A stretch of 64,000 nt of DNA from an uncultured virus (IMG/VR IMGVR_UViG_3300032050_000078) (Duplodnaviria > Heunggongvirae > Uroviricota > Caudoviricetes): positions 1-64,000 of IMG/VR virus record IMGVR_UViG_3300032050_000078. One strand, written 5' to 3'. The notes beneath the pieces were generated by a model. That model ran no database searches. It was not told the origin of the DNA and worked only from the letters and a program-made list of their open reading frames with translations. Below, piece after piece: positions 35,281 through 45,561 of the stretch; positions within the stretch are counted from its first letter, which is position 1; every line of letters starts with the position of its first letter. The position numbers and the translations under genes are program-made.

Positions 35281-37719
35281 TTAGAAATCTAACTTAACTA
35301 CGAACTGTTGGATACCTTGTCTTAGAACTGGTGATTGTAGTTTGGACATTACTAATATATCTTTATTTCTATCCAATAATGCAATCTCAGTAATATATGA
35401 TTTAGTTCCTTGAGTCCAAGTAGGATTTGATGTGTTTAAGAATTCAGCATTACTCAAATTAATCTTATATTTCATTTCATATATTGTTGCTTGGATATCT
35501 GTTTCCAAACCACCATAAAAATAAAATTCATCACCAAAATTTAATGTTTCACCTGTGGATCCTAATGTAGTTAAGGATATGTAATTATTTAAATTATAAT
35601 ATGGTGCTGCGTTGTATAATTCAGGTGTAATTACGAATGTCGTGCCTGTAATACCATCTTGAGTTAAATATCCATTAATTGTTGACGCACTAATAACATC
35701 GGTATAATCAATTATTCTCCATTGAGTTGAGTCAGGTCTATTTCCTGTTATAACTTTTTGACACAGAATTTCAAAATTAGTACCAAAATATCCTTGAGGT
35801 AAGTAGTTACAAGAAGTAATACAAGGTGTTCCAGCACTGTATGAAGGTTGTACCATACATCCGAATTCCGCACCAAATCTTAATGCAACATTTTTAGATG
35901 TGTCAGGATTACAATCATTATTATTACCGATTACTTTTGAGTAATAATTACAATGTAGTGAATCTGTAAAACCAGTTTGATTTGTGAATCTATAAGTCAC
36001 ATACATAGTTTCGTTATTTCCTGTTAAGATACCATCTACCGTTGTTGTTGGTGTTCCACAAGTATTTGGGGTTACTAAGGAAACTTGAGGTGCTGGTAAA
36101 GTCCAGTTTCTATTTGACTTATATGACATCGCCGCAATTATTTCCTCATCATCAATAATAACTATCTTACTATCAGGGAATACTTTACCAATTCTACTTG
36201 GGTATCCATCAGCATTTGCGTGAGTATCCCAAAGATGATAATATCTAATACCAGGTTGATTCATCCCTGAATTTTTATTTGATTGTATGTATTGGACATC
36301 AAATAGATTTTTATCTTCAAACCCCGCAGGATCAACCCAAAATGTTTCTCCCGAACAACACGCAGGATTTTTATGCCACATCAACCAAGGTAGATGTAAT
36401 TTAAAGTTTCTTGCTTGTCCTGTTGTATCATCAGGATTTGCGGAATCATATGGTTCTAGCGCAAATTTCTCTCCATAGAAGAAGTCAATGGTTTGATTTG
36501 TATAATGTATTATTGCAATTGCTTTTTGTTCTTCAGGTTGTACCGTAATCTTTTCATCAAATGAATTGTAGTAATATACCGAACTAGTGTCTTTTTGTCC
36601 CAAACTTGATGCGTATCCAAAATATTCTTTTGTCCCAAGATAATCTATTGATCCAAAATATTCATATCCCTCATATGTTGCAGGATATAAACCTGCAGGA
36701 TTTTCACTCCAAGGAATATTCATGTTCCATATTTTAACATCAAACTCATCAATATCACAAACAGTTTCAAAATTAATAACATCACTACTCCAATGAGGTG
36801 CCGGTGTTATACTATCATAAAGTGTTGTCATATTTGGTGGATAGATTAATGTTCTTGAATAACATGACCCAGAAAATGATGAAAAGTCAGGTAAATTCCT
36901 ATCAACAGTAATAACATTGTTACAGTACGCAATAATTCTATATGTCATCATTGGATAACAACTATTAATTGACATATAACAATCCGCCATAGGTGGTGGA
37001 GGACACGCAGGTGTGTTTGATGGTGTTAAACAAGGTGTCTTAGTTGGTGTTGGCGTTGGTGTTGCCGAACACACAAATGTATACGTTGAACTTGGTGTTG
37101 GGGTTGGTGTCGGTGTTGATGCGACGGACGCTGATGGTGTTGGGGTTGGTAAATTATAACAAGTGTTATTTATATCCCATTTACCGTCATAATATATTGT
37201 AATAAAATCACCAACTGAAGGTATTCCCTCATTAATTAAATTAGAACCAGAATATATTAATTCAACTTGGTTTGTTCCACTTAAAGAACACATATTTACA
37301 ACATAGTTTGAGCTAACTACATAATTATTGTTAGTTAAAGCACTCCAACTAATTGTGGTTGCACTAGTATTTCCTGAAAAAAATCCTCTTAAAGGAGCTC
37401 TATTAAATACAGGTTCAATAACCGAATCCATATAAGGAATTCCATATGTATTACCGGCAGAACCATCTACATAATAAGGGTATTTAACATTTTGTCTATT
37501 TGATTGTGGTGAACCAGCACTATTTTGACTATTAAATGGTGGTTCCAATACCATACTATATGGTTGATTATATGTTGACGATAATGCATTGTACGATACT
37601 TCACTATCCCCAACTTGGAAATACGCAATGTTAAAGTTACCTTCAGATAATTTTTGTCTACCTGTATCAGTAACTCTTGTATTGATTAAACCAGATGTAT
37701 TTTTGAGTATATATGCCAT
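35281..37719 (-). CDS. Tail or baseplate structural protein; tail-collar/fibre-anchor-like termini and a PT tract
   Basis: N-terminal VTDTGRQKL...FQVGD and C-terminal YITEIALLD...MSKLQSPVLR resemble phage fibre-anchor domains. Confidence 0.6.
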   Translation of the reverse strand: MAYILKNTSGLINTRVTDTGRQKLSEGNFNIAYFQVGDSEVSYNALSSTYNQPYSMVLEPPFNSQNSAGSPQSNRQNVKYPYYVDGSAGNTYGIPYMDSVIEPVFNRAPLRGFFSGNTSATTISWSALTNNNYVVSSNYVVNMCSLSGTNQVELIYSGSNLINEGIPSVGDFITIYYDGKWDINNTCYNLPTPTPSASVASTPTPTPTPSSTYTFVCSATPTPTPTKTPCLTPSNTPACPPPPMADCYMSINSCYPMMTYRIIAYCNNVITVDRNLPDFSSFSGSCYSRTLIYPPNMTTLYDSITPAPHWSSDVINFETVCDIDEFDVKIWNMNIPWSENPAGLYPATYEGYEYFGSIDYLGTKEYFGYASSLGQKDTSSVYYYNSFDEKITVQPEEQKAIAIIHYTNQTIDFFYGEKFALEPYDSANPDDTTGQARNFKLHLPWLMWHKNPACCSGETFWVDPAGFEDKNLFDVQYIQSNKNSGMNQPGIRYYHLWDTHANADGYPSRIGKVFPDSKIVIIDDEEIIAAMSYKSNRNWTLPAPQVSLVTPNTCGTPTTTVDGILTGNNETMYVTYRFTNQTGFTDSLHCNYYSKVIGNNNDCNPDTSKNVALRFGAEFGCMVQPSYSAGTPCITSCNYLPQGYFGTNFEILCQKVITGNRPDSTQWRIIDYTDVISASTINGYLTQDGITGTTFVITPELYNAAPYYNLNNYISLTTLGSTGETLNFGDEFYFYGGLETDIQATIYEMKYKINLSNAEFLNTSNPTWTQGTKSYITEIALLDRNKDILVMSKLQSPVLRQGIQQFVVKLDF

Positions 37720-37752
37720 TTGTTATATAAATACTATGTTTGATATTTTATT

Positions 37753-39339
37753 TTACCCTACTTTTCCTATCGGTTTATTTATTACGGTTACCGAACAACA
37801 AGGACAGTTAGTTAACTTTACATCATTTAAATATAAATTATATGAATGTTTTTCAGATAAACAGTGAGTTTCTAAAGGTAGATTCAATATTGGTGTTGGA
37901 TTACTAATTGTACCACTAACAGTGTCTCCCTGTACCATAGTTATATTATCCCAAGTAAATGTTGTAAGTGACTCAACAACAACACCTCCAATACACACTT
38001 TATCAGGTAAAGCATTTGATGACCCACTATTAGTGGTTGTACTATATGGAACAGGAATCATATTTTTATTTACTGTAACCACATTATTCCAAGTGTACGC
38101 ATTAAATTGAGGTTGTTCTGTAAAATATTTCTCATGTACTAAATCAAATGAAAGAGTAGTACCTACAGGTAATTGTGGTGAAACCGTAACATTAAATGCG
38201 GTTGACGTGGCGTTTAGTGATAATGTTAGTGCATATATTTGAGGTGCTGCCGGTTGTATTAAATTCACAATTTGACTAAATGTTTGTCCTGAAGAGTCTG
38301 TAACAATTGTTGTGTATAACCCAGGACATAGACTTTGGAAGATAGGTTGGTTAGGGAAGAAGTTGAATCCATCTATACTATACTCATATGGTGGAACTCC
38401 ATCAATAATATTAAATATTATACTTCCGTCACTAATACATCCACCTAAACCATCTTTACGAACACAAGTAGGTTGGTTAACTGTTAATTCATATCTCAAT
38501 ATGTCTTGACTTGCACAAGTTCCTTCACTCATTTGTACCGATAATATTGACGGATTTGGTGGTACTGAACCAATAGATTGCCATCCAGCAATAGGTGGTG
38601 TAGCTGGATTTAAATTAACTAAACTACCGTATGTCCATCCTGACACTTCCCACTGACTTGTACCACTCATCCATACCACATCATAACCTGAAGGTGTTGA
38701 TGTCCAAGTTGGTTTTCCATTATAATACCCATTATAACCAAAATCAATTAATTCAAGATAAGGATCTTTACCTATTCTACCTTCAACAATTAAACATAAA
38801 CCACTAAATGCCGGTATCGGTGTAGGAGTTGGTGTAGGAGTTGGTGTTGGTGTCGGACTTGGTGCGGTTAAATAACAAGTTGTTCTTGCGGTAAAGTCAC
38901 CATAAAAATCGGTAACAACCGCATCATATTCTCCTGAACCCAAATTTGTTAATGTTTGAGAATAATTACCATTTTCCCATGATATAAAATATGGTGGTGT
39001 ACCTCCTGTAATATACAAAGATGCCACACCGTCAAAACTATTACTTGTTGTTGGATTTTCAGTTAAACATTGTACTCCCAATGGGAATATTGTTATTACA
39101 TCGCATTCATTTTGATATTTAAATAATCCACCAGGGCAAACTCCATTAACACAGAGTCCTTTAACTTCAAAATCAATATCTAAACAATTTGTTATTGGAT
39201 CAAAATTTTCACTACATATATTGTATGTTGTACCACTTTGGAATGTTTCTGTTACAGTGTTTCCACTACAATCTTGATAGGTTAAATCATACTGATTAAC
39301 CTTTGCAAAACTAAATTCTAAACAATAACAATTGGACAT
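37753..39339 (-). CDS. Virion protein with SprB-like repeats and a PT linker
   Basis: TGGTPPYFISW...LTNLGSGEYDAVVTD and DGVPPYEYSIDG...LCPGLYTTIVTD. Confidence 0.7.
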   Translation of the reverse strand: MSNCYCLEFSFAKVNQYDLTYQDCSGNTVTETFQSGTTYNICSENFDPITNCLDIDFEVKGLCVNGVCPGGLFKYQNECDVITIFPLGVQCLTENPTTSNSFDGVASLYITGGTPPYFISWENGNYSQTLTNLGSGEYDAVVTDFYGDFTARTTCYLTAPSPTPTPTPTPTPTPIPAFSGLCLIVEGRIGKDPYLELIDFGYNGYYNGKPTWTSTPSGYDVVWMSGTSQWEVSGWTYGSLVNLNPATPPIAGWQSIGSVPPNPSILSVQMSEGTCASQDILRYELTVNQPTCVRKDGLGGCISDGSIIFNIIDGVPPYEYSIDGFNFFPNQPIFQSLCPGLYTTIVTDSSGQTFSQIVNLIQPAAPQIYALTLSLNATSTAFNVTVSPQLPVGTTLSFDLVHEKYFTEQPQFNAYTWNNVVTVNKNMIPVPYSTTTNSGSSNALPDKVCIGGVVVESLTTFTWDNITMVQGDTVSGTISNPTPILNLPLETHCLSEKHSYNLYLNDVKLTNCPCCSVTVINKPIGKVG

Positions 39340-39428
39340 TTATATTCTCTTTTACTATAAATAATCAACTTACCATTTTTTAGTAAATTAATTATAAATA
39401 AAGATATTATAGTATTGTAAAAAGTGAA

Positions 39429-40880
39429 TTATGGAACATAGTAAATACCACAACCTGTCGTACAATAATAAACAGAACCTGAAGGTAATGGTAATGACGA
39501 TTCATTTGGTAAATCCATAATTGATAAACAATTCATATATGTCGTATTAGGACAAGAAGTTGCTATTCCATTACCAACAATAAATGAACAATCGTGTATA
39601 ACCGTATTTCCAGAACCACCTAATATTGACGAAGATATTCCAATTGATGTGTTACATATACCACCACTTATTGTTGAATATGTAGATCCTGTTAATATTG
39701 TATTTTGATAACCACCACCAATTGTTGTACTTGTTGATCCTGTTAAAATTGTATTACAATACCCACCACTTATTGTTGAATACGAAGCACTTGATGTGTT
39801 ACTACGACCACCACCTATTATTGAATATGTTGACCCCGTTAATGTTGTATTTCTATATCCACCACTTACGGTTGAGTAACAAGCACTTGATGTGTTGTAT
39901 TTTCCCCCACCAATTGTCACATAATAAGAACTTGATGTGTTACCCGCACCTCCTACAACTGTTGAAAAATTATTAGTTGATTTGTTAAATGATCCGCCAC
40001 CAACAAATGAACCATTACCACTTGATGTGTTACCTCTACCTCCACCTATGGTTGAGCAATCTCCACTTGATGTATTATTTAGTCCTCCACTTACGGTTGA
40101 ATAATAACTACTTAAAACATTATTAATAGTTAATGTAACATCATTTGATGATGTACCACCAGGAAAAGTTGTTCCTGTAATAAAAATAGTGTCACCATTA
40201 CTATATCCAAAACCTCCATTTGTGATTGTAACTCCAGTTATTGTATTACCACTAACATCAAATGTAAAATCCGCACCAACACCATAACCACTTGTTGTTG
40301 TTTGAGAATAAGGTCCGTAAGTCGCATCTGCAAGACCTAATCCAGCACTTGGAGTATATGAACTTAGAGTTGAGATAACACCTGTTGGTCCTGTTAAATT
40401 ATTTGCACCACCCGATATAACACTTCCACAAGAACTATTATTATTGAAGGATCCTCCACCAATAAATGAATAAATACCGCTTGATGTGTTGTTACGACCA
40501 CCACTTACCGTCGAATAAACACAACTAGATGTGTTAGCCGCTCCACCACCAACTGTTGAGTAATAACTACTCGATGTATTAAGGTATCCACCACTTACAG
40601 TTGATTTATTTCCACTTGAGGTATTACAATAACCTCCACTAACTGTTGAATAACTTCCCGACGCTTCATTATTATTATCACATCTCATTGTTGATCCAAT
40701 TCCTGCATCCAAAACCATAATTGTGGAACCACTTATAGTGTCCATCATCTGACTAACGGTTGCTTTATATGATGAACCCGCAGGATCGTCAGTTATATCT
40801 GTCGGAATTACAATATGAATTAAATCATTTAATGTGACTCCCGTTGCCAATACTCTGTCTGTAAGTTTTTGATTTGCCAT
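39429..40880 (-). CDS. Tail fibre with Gly-rich ~15-aa STxxGGxxN repeats
   Basis: Repeated STVSGGYCNTSSG units; N-terminus shared with 42117..45224. Confidence 0.75.
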   Translation of the reverse strand: MANQKLTDRVLATGVTLNDLIHIVIPTDITDDPAGSSYKATVSQMMDTISGSTIMVLDAGIGSTMRCDNNNEASGSYSTVSGGYCNTSSGNKSTVSGGYLNTSSSYYSTVGGGAANTSSCVYSTVSGGRNNTSSGIYSFIGGGSFNNNSSCGSVISGGANNLTGPTGVISTLSSYTPSAGLGLADATYGPYSQTTTSGYGVGADFTFDVSGNTITGVTITNGGFGYSNGDTIFITGTTFPGGTSSNDVTLTINNVLSSYYSTVSGGLNNTSSGDCSTIGGGRGNTSSGNGSFVGGGSFNKSTNNFSTVVGGAGNTSSSYYVTIGGGKYNTSSACYSTVSGGYRNTTLTGSTYSIIGGGRSNTSSASYSTISGGYCNTILTGSTSTTIGGGYQNTILTGSTYSTISGGICNTSIGISSSILGGSGNTVIHDCSFIVGNGIATSCPNTTYMNCLSIMDLPNESSLPLPSGSVYYCTTGCGIYYVP

Positions 40881-40899
40881 TTTTTAATCTATTTTTATT

Positions 40900-42120
40900 T
40901 TATAAATAATATAATACTTCTGCGGTTCCCAAAAATGTTGCACTTGCACTTAATGGTGTTATACATACCCACATTTCATCAAGTGTTCCATCAACATTAG
41001 AACCAACTCTAATTTGATTATCATCCACTTTAATTGTTGAAAGTGCTGATGATCCTGATTCACCAATTAAAGACGACATAATGTGACCTGGTGATGTTAT
41101 CGTTGTTGTAACAGTCCCATTATATATTGAATATTGAAATGGTGAATTTGGTATATCTGTCCAACTTGGAGTTGCAGATAATGTAGGATTAAATTCAATA
41201 GTCACTAAGTAATTATCATTTGAGGTATTTAAAATACTCAAACTACTATATTGCGATGTCACTGATTTATAACTTGGTTTAAGTCTATAACCAATATATG
41301 GATATTTTGTACCTGACGAATTTAAATCTGCAGTGGTTGAGTTTATAACTCCTACAGTGGAATATAGTCCGTTTAATGCTCCTTCGGTTGATACTTGTGA
41401 ACATATCATATCAAAACTTCCTGAACCAACACCAACTTGTCTTATTTCATACCTTATTGGTTGATTTGGTGATGACATATAAACATTTGGTTCGTTATTA
41501 GCACAATTATGTTCGGTAAAATAAATTAATATTCCATCTAAATCCAAACCAAATCTCATTCTACCAACACCTAACCATTGATAATCAACTGACATTAAAT
41601 TAGTGTTAGACCAATCTAAACCTATTGGGTTAAATTCATTAGTGTTCCATACGGTTGTTGCCGCACTATAAACCGTAGTTCCCGATCTCCATATTTGAAA
41701 ACTTATTTCGTTTGTTACCCCATTACTTTCTAAAAAGAACCCATCAAAAACCGAATTATATGTAGATGCCGTTGTTGAGGTGAATCCTCCCACCCTTTTT
41801 ATGACATTTGTTTCTAACTGAAAATTTGAGAAACTTGCTTGGAATAATTGACTTTTTCCTGGTTGGTAAATAGGGTGTGTTTTTGATTGTCTTATAACTA
41901 AATCATTATTTGCCGCAGTTGACATTCTAACTCTCGCAAATTGTTGATTAAAAATTGACGTTGCAGTTCCTGCGGTAACCTCATTTACTTGTAATGGATT
42001 TTTATCGTATACGTGTTTAATGTCCAATAAATTTTGGACTGCGGCAGTTCTTAACCTACCAAATGCATCTAAATTTGCACTGTCACTATAAGATACTTGA
42101 TTATTAAAAATAAAACTCAT
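40900..42120 (-). CDS. Putative virion protein, beta-sandwich or lectin-like (DAFGRLR motif)
   Basis: ORF track 40900..42132. ATG 42120 overlaps the upstream TGA. Lies between the two fibre genes. Confidence 0.65.
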   Translation of the reverse strand: MSFIFNNQVSYSDSANLDAFGRLRTAAVQNLLDIKHVYDKNPLQVNEVTAGTATSIFNQQFARVRMSTAANNDLVIRQSKTHPIYQPGKSQLFQASFSNFQLETNVIKRVGGFTSTTASTYNSVFDGFFLESNGVTNEISFQIWRSGTTVYSAATTVWNTNEFNPIGLDWSNTNLMSVDYQWLGVGRMRFGLDLDGILIYFTEHNCANNEPNVYMSSPNQPIRYEIRQVGVGSGSFDMICSQVSTEGALNGLYSTVGVINSTTADLNSSGTKYPYIGYRLKPSYKSVTSQYSSLSILNTSNDNYLVTIEFNPTLSATPSWTDIPNSPFQYSIYNGTVTTTITSPGHIMSSLIGESGSSALSTIKVDDNQIRVGSNVDGTLDEMWVCITPLSASATFLGTAEVLYYL

Positions 42121-45100
42121 ATTATATACCAATTTCCGTTTCTCACCATAACAGTAAGAGACATATAGTTTATATTCATATCAACATATGAATTACCATC
42201 AATCAATCCTGATGCTGGCGTTAATCTTATTCTGTATGAACCAGAAGTTCCTGCTTCATCTTTTATCAATAAATAATAACCATCTTTCGATGTTGTTGTC
42301 GGTAATGTTAAATCAACATTTGATGAACCACTAACCCCCCAATAACTTTTATCCCAAGTTAATGTTTGTGATGATGTTATTGCGGAGGTCGCATAATTCA
42401 ACGGTAATGAAATATCTCTTGATTTAACGACACCTGTTGATGTATCTCTCACCAAGAAATTTGTATTTGACGGATCAGTATCTGGTGTATTTTGTAATGT
42501 TAAATAATTTGTATGGAATGTACACGCTGAAACCGATGTAATACCAACACCAAAAGCCGATGAACAATTATGTGTTACGGTATTTCCTGAACCTCCTAAA
42601 ATTGAAGAATAATTTCCTATTGAGGTGTTAAATACTCCACCTAAAATTGAGGAGTAGTTTCCTGTTGTTGTGTTATTACTTCCTCCACCAATGAAATTAT
42701 TACTTGCCGTTGTAGTTCCCGATATTCCACCACTTATTACCGAATAATCTCCACAAGCAGTATTGTTAGAACCACCACCAATTGATGCTCCGTTACCTAT
42801 AAGTCTATTACATATACCTCCAGATAAGGTACCCCAAACACCATTATTTGTATTTTGTAGTCCTCCACCAACAAACGAAAAATAATTTGATGCAGTATTA
42901 CGACAACCACCACCTACGGTTGATCCATTACAATTTGATGTATTACTAATTCCTCCTAATATTGACGAACAATTACCACTTGTTATATTTTGCAATCCAC
43001 CACCTATTGTTGATCCAACACCTAAAGATCGATTCAAACATCCACCACCTATTGTCGAATAACACCCACTTGATGTGTTACCTCTACCTCCACCAATAAA
43101 TGTAAAATAATTTGATGCGGTATTAGTTCTACCCCCACTTATTGTTGATACTACACCATTACTTTTATTTTGCGTTCCCCCACCAACGGTTGAATAACAC
43201 CCACTTGATGTGTTACCTCTACCACCACCTACGGTTGAGCAATCTCCGATTGATGTGTTACAATAACCTCCACTTACGGTTGATATAAAACCGATTGACA
43301 CATTTCTTCTACCACCACCGATAAATGAGTATCCCCCACTTGACGTGTTTAAACATCCACCTACTACGACTGATGAAAAACTACTTATTGTGTTACCACT
43401 ACCTCCACCAATGGTTGAGTTTGCTGCTGATGCTAATATTGTATTTTGTTGTCCACCACCAATGGTTGAACTTGTTGCTCCAGCTAATATTGTATTACAA
43501 TAACCTCCACTAACTGTTGAAGCTTTACCGTTAACTTTATTAAAATAACCTCCAACTACTAAACTATAAACATCACACGAAGTATTTCCACAACCTGATC
43601 CTATAAAACCACCCGTAGACATATTTGTATTACAAACACCCCCACCAATTACTGAGCACGCTCCTAATGATGTATTACCTATACCCCCACTTACCGTTGA
43701 GGTATCACCAACCGATGTATTTTGACGACCACCACTTACTGTTGAACACACACCATAAGATGTGTTACTGAATCCACCTCCAACAGTTGATGCATAACTA
43801 CTTGACGTATTAGCGTTTCCACCACCGACTGAACTATATGTTCCACACGAAATATTTGCTCGCCCCCCACTTATTGTTGATATTTGACCACACGCCCTAT
43901 TAAATTGACCACCACCTACGGTTGTAGAATCCCCTAACGATCTATTACATCTACCACCACCTACGGTTGAATAATATCCACTTGATGTACTACTTGCTCC
44001 CCCACTTATGGTTGATCTACCTCCACTTGAAGTGTTGTTTGCACCACCACCTACGGTTGAATAATAATCGCTTGAAGTATTACTCACACCCCCTCCAATT
44101 GTTGAATGTGTTGATCCTGTTAAGATTGTATTACATTCACCACCACCAATTGATGAACTTGTTGATCCTGTTAAGATTGTATTACATTCACCACCACCAA
44201 TTGATGAACTTGTTGAACCAGTTAATATTGTATTATTACACCCACCACCTATGGTTGATGTGTCACTATTTGTTTTGTTACTAAGACCACCACTTATGGT
44301 TGAATCCGCACCAATTGATGAGTTACAACGTCCTCCACTTATAGTTGAATAGTAACCGCTTGAGGTATTAAAACGCCCCCCACCTATGGTTGATTCACTA
44401 CCAATTGATGTATTACGATATCCTCCACTTATAGTTGAGTAATAAGTACCTGATGATGTGTTACATTTACCACCACCAACGGTTGAGTAACACCCACTTG
44501 ATGTGTTACTTCTACCACCGCCAATTGTTGAAAAATAATTACTTGATGTATTCCCACTACCACCGCCAATTGTTGACCAGTCACCACTTGATGTATTATA
44601 ATAACCTCCACTTACGGTTGAGTTAGCCCCATTTGATTCGTTACTTTGACCACCACCAACTGTTGATCCACCACCACTTGATGTGTTACCAACACCACCA
44701 CTTACGGTTGATCTAGAACCGCTTGATGTATTCAAACCACCACCACCAATCGTTGTTAAAGTTGATCCTATTAGTATTGTATTGGAGTTCCCTCCACCTA
44801 TAGTTGAGTTTGTTGCTCCTGTTAAGATTGTATTACAATACCCGCCACTTACAGTTGAATTATTAGATGTTGAACCATTTTGTTGTCCGCCACCTACTGT
44901 CGAATAACACCCACTTGATGTGTTACAATACCCCCCACTTACAGTTGACCAATTACAACTTGATGTATTTACTCTACCACCACTTACAGTGGAGTAGTTC
45001 CCACTTGCATCATTATTATTACCACATCTTTCAACCGAACCAATTCCAGAACCAACTATCATAACAGATGTTCCACCCGTTAATGCTCCAAGTACTTGCT

Positions 45101-45224
45101 GAAAACACGCTTTATATGATGATCCAGCAGGATTACCTTGTGATAAATCATTAGGATCCACTATGTGAAATAAATCAGTTAAATTAACCCCGGTTGCTGG
45201 TATTTGATCCGTTAAAAATGCCAT
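42117..45224 (-). CDS. Long tail fibre with dozens of STxxGGxxN repeats (trimeric beta-roll-like)
   Basis: About 800 aa of 15-17-aa repeats; C-terminal LTLPT...IKDEAG...IDG domain typical of fibre tips. Confidence 0.8.
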   Translation of the reverse strand: MAFLTDQIPATGVNLTDLFHIVDPNDLSQGNPAGSSYKACFQQVLGALTGGTSVMIVGSGIGSVERCGNNNDASGNYSTVSGGRVNTSSCNWSTVSGGYCNTSSGCYSTVGGGQQNGSTSNNSTVSGGYCNTILTGATNSTIGGGNSNTILIGSTLTTIGGGGLNTSSGSRSTVSGGVGNTSSGGGSTVGGGQSNESNGANSTVSGGYYNTSSGDWSTIGGGSGNTSSNYFSTIGGGRSNTSSGCYSTVGGGKCNTSSGTYYSTISGGYRNTSIGSESTIGGGRFNTSSGYYSTISGGRCNSSIGADSTISGGLSNKTNSDTSTIGGGCNNTILTGSTSSSIGGGECNTILTGSTSSSIGGGECNTILTGSTHSTIGGGVSNTSSDYYSTVGGGANNTSSGGRSTISGGASSTSSGYYSTVGGGRCNRSLGDSTTVGGGQFNRACGQISTISGGRANISCGTYSSVGGGNANTSSSYASTVGGGFSNTSYGVCSTVSGGRQNTSVGDTSTVSGGIGNTSLGACSVIGGGVCNTNMSTGGFIGSGCGNTSCDVYSLVVGGYFNKVNGKASTVSGGYCNTILAGATSSTIGGGQQNTILASAANSTIGGGSGNTISSFSSVVVGGCLNTSSGGYSFIGGGRRNVSIGFISTVSGGYCNTSIGDCSTVGGGRGNTSSGCYSTVGGGTQNKSNGVVSTISGGRTNTASNYFTFIGGGRGNTSSGCYSTIGGGCLNRSLGVGSTIGGGLQNITSGNCSSILGGISNTSNCNGSTVGGGCRNTASNYFSFVGGGLQNTNNGVWGTLSGGICNRLIGNGASIGGGSNNTACGDYSVISGGISGTTTASNNFIGGGSNNTTTGNYSSILGGVFNTSIGNYSSILGGSGNTVTHNCSSAFGVGITSVSACTFHTNYLTLQNTPDTDPSNTNFLVRDTSTGVVKSRDISLPLNYATSAITSSQTLTWDKSYWGVSGSSNVDLTLPTTTSKDGYYLLIKDEAGTSGSYRIRLTPASGLIDGNSYVDMNINYMSLTVMVRNGNWYII
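44110..44211. repeat. Exact 51-bp tandem duplication in the fibre gene
   Basis: gttgatcctgttaagattgtattacattcaccaccaccaattgatgaactt occurs twice in tandem. Confidence 0.9.
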
Positions 45225-45258
45225 TATTCTTTTTTATATATAAATACACTTTAATTCA

Positions 45259-45561
45259 TTATTGGAACTGATAAATGCTATAATCCATAAAGAAGAAGTA
45301 ATCTCCGTCTTGGAATTGTTTTCCTACAGGTGGTAAATTAACGCAATTTAAAACAATAAATCTTTCACAATATAAATCTTTTACTAATACTCCTATTGCT
45401 GGTGACATATTAAATTGTGATGGTAATGTAATTGTAACCATTGGTGGAATTACAGTATTTACAGTTGCAACTATTGTACAATTATTACCATAAACATCAC
45501 AAACATATATTTGATATGGTATTGTTAATCCTGTAACATTACTTATCACCAATTGTGTCAT
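45259..45561 (-). CDS. Small virion-like protein; paralog of 33230..33451
   Basis: Shared PY/FxxYVCD motif; C-terminal KQFQDGDYFFFMD. Confidence 0.7.
   Translation of the reverse strand: MTQLVISNVTGLTIPYQIYVCDVYGNNCTIVATVNTVIPPMVTITLPSQFNMSPAIGVLVKDLYCERFIVLNCVNLPPVGKQFQDGDYFFFMDYSIYQFQ

Noticed and set aside
39429..45224. Diversity-generating retroelement TR/VR pair in the fibre repeats
   Set aside because: No reverse transcriptase in the window. The similar segments are short in-frame coding repeats, and two mismatches are too few to show adenine-specific mutagenesis.
42117..45224. Ice-nucleation protein
   Set aside because: The repeat is STxxGGxxN with a 15-17 aa period, not the AGYGSTxTA 8/16-mer. 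The context is a tail operon.
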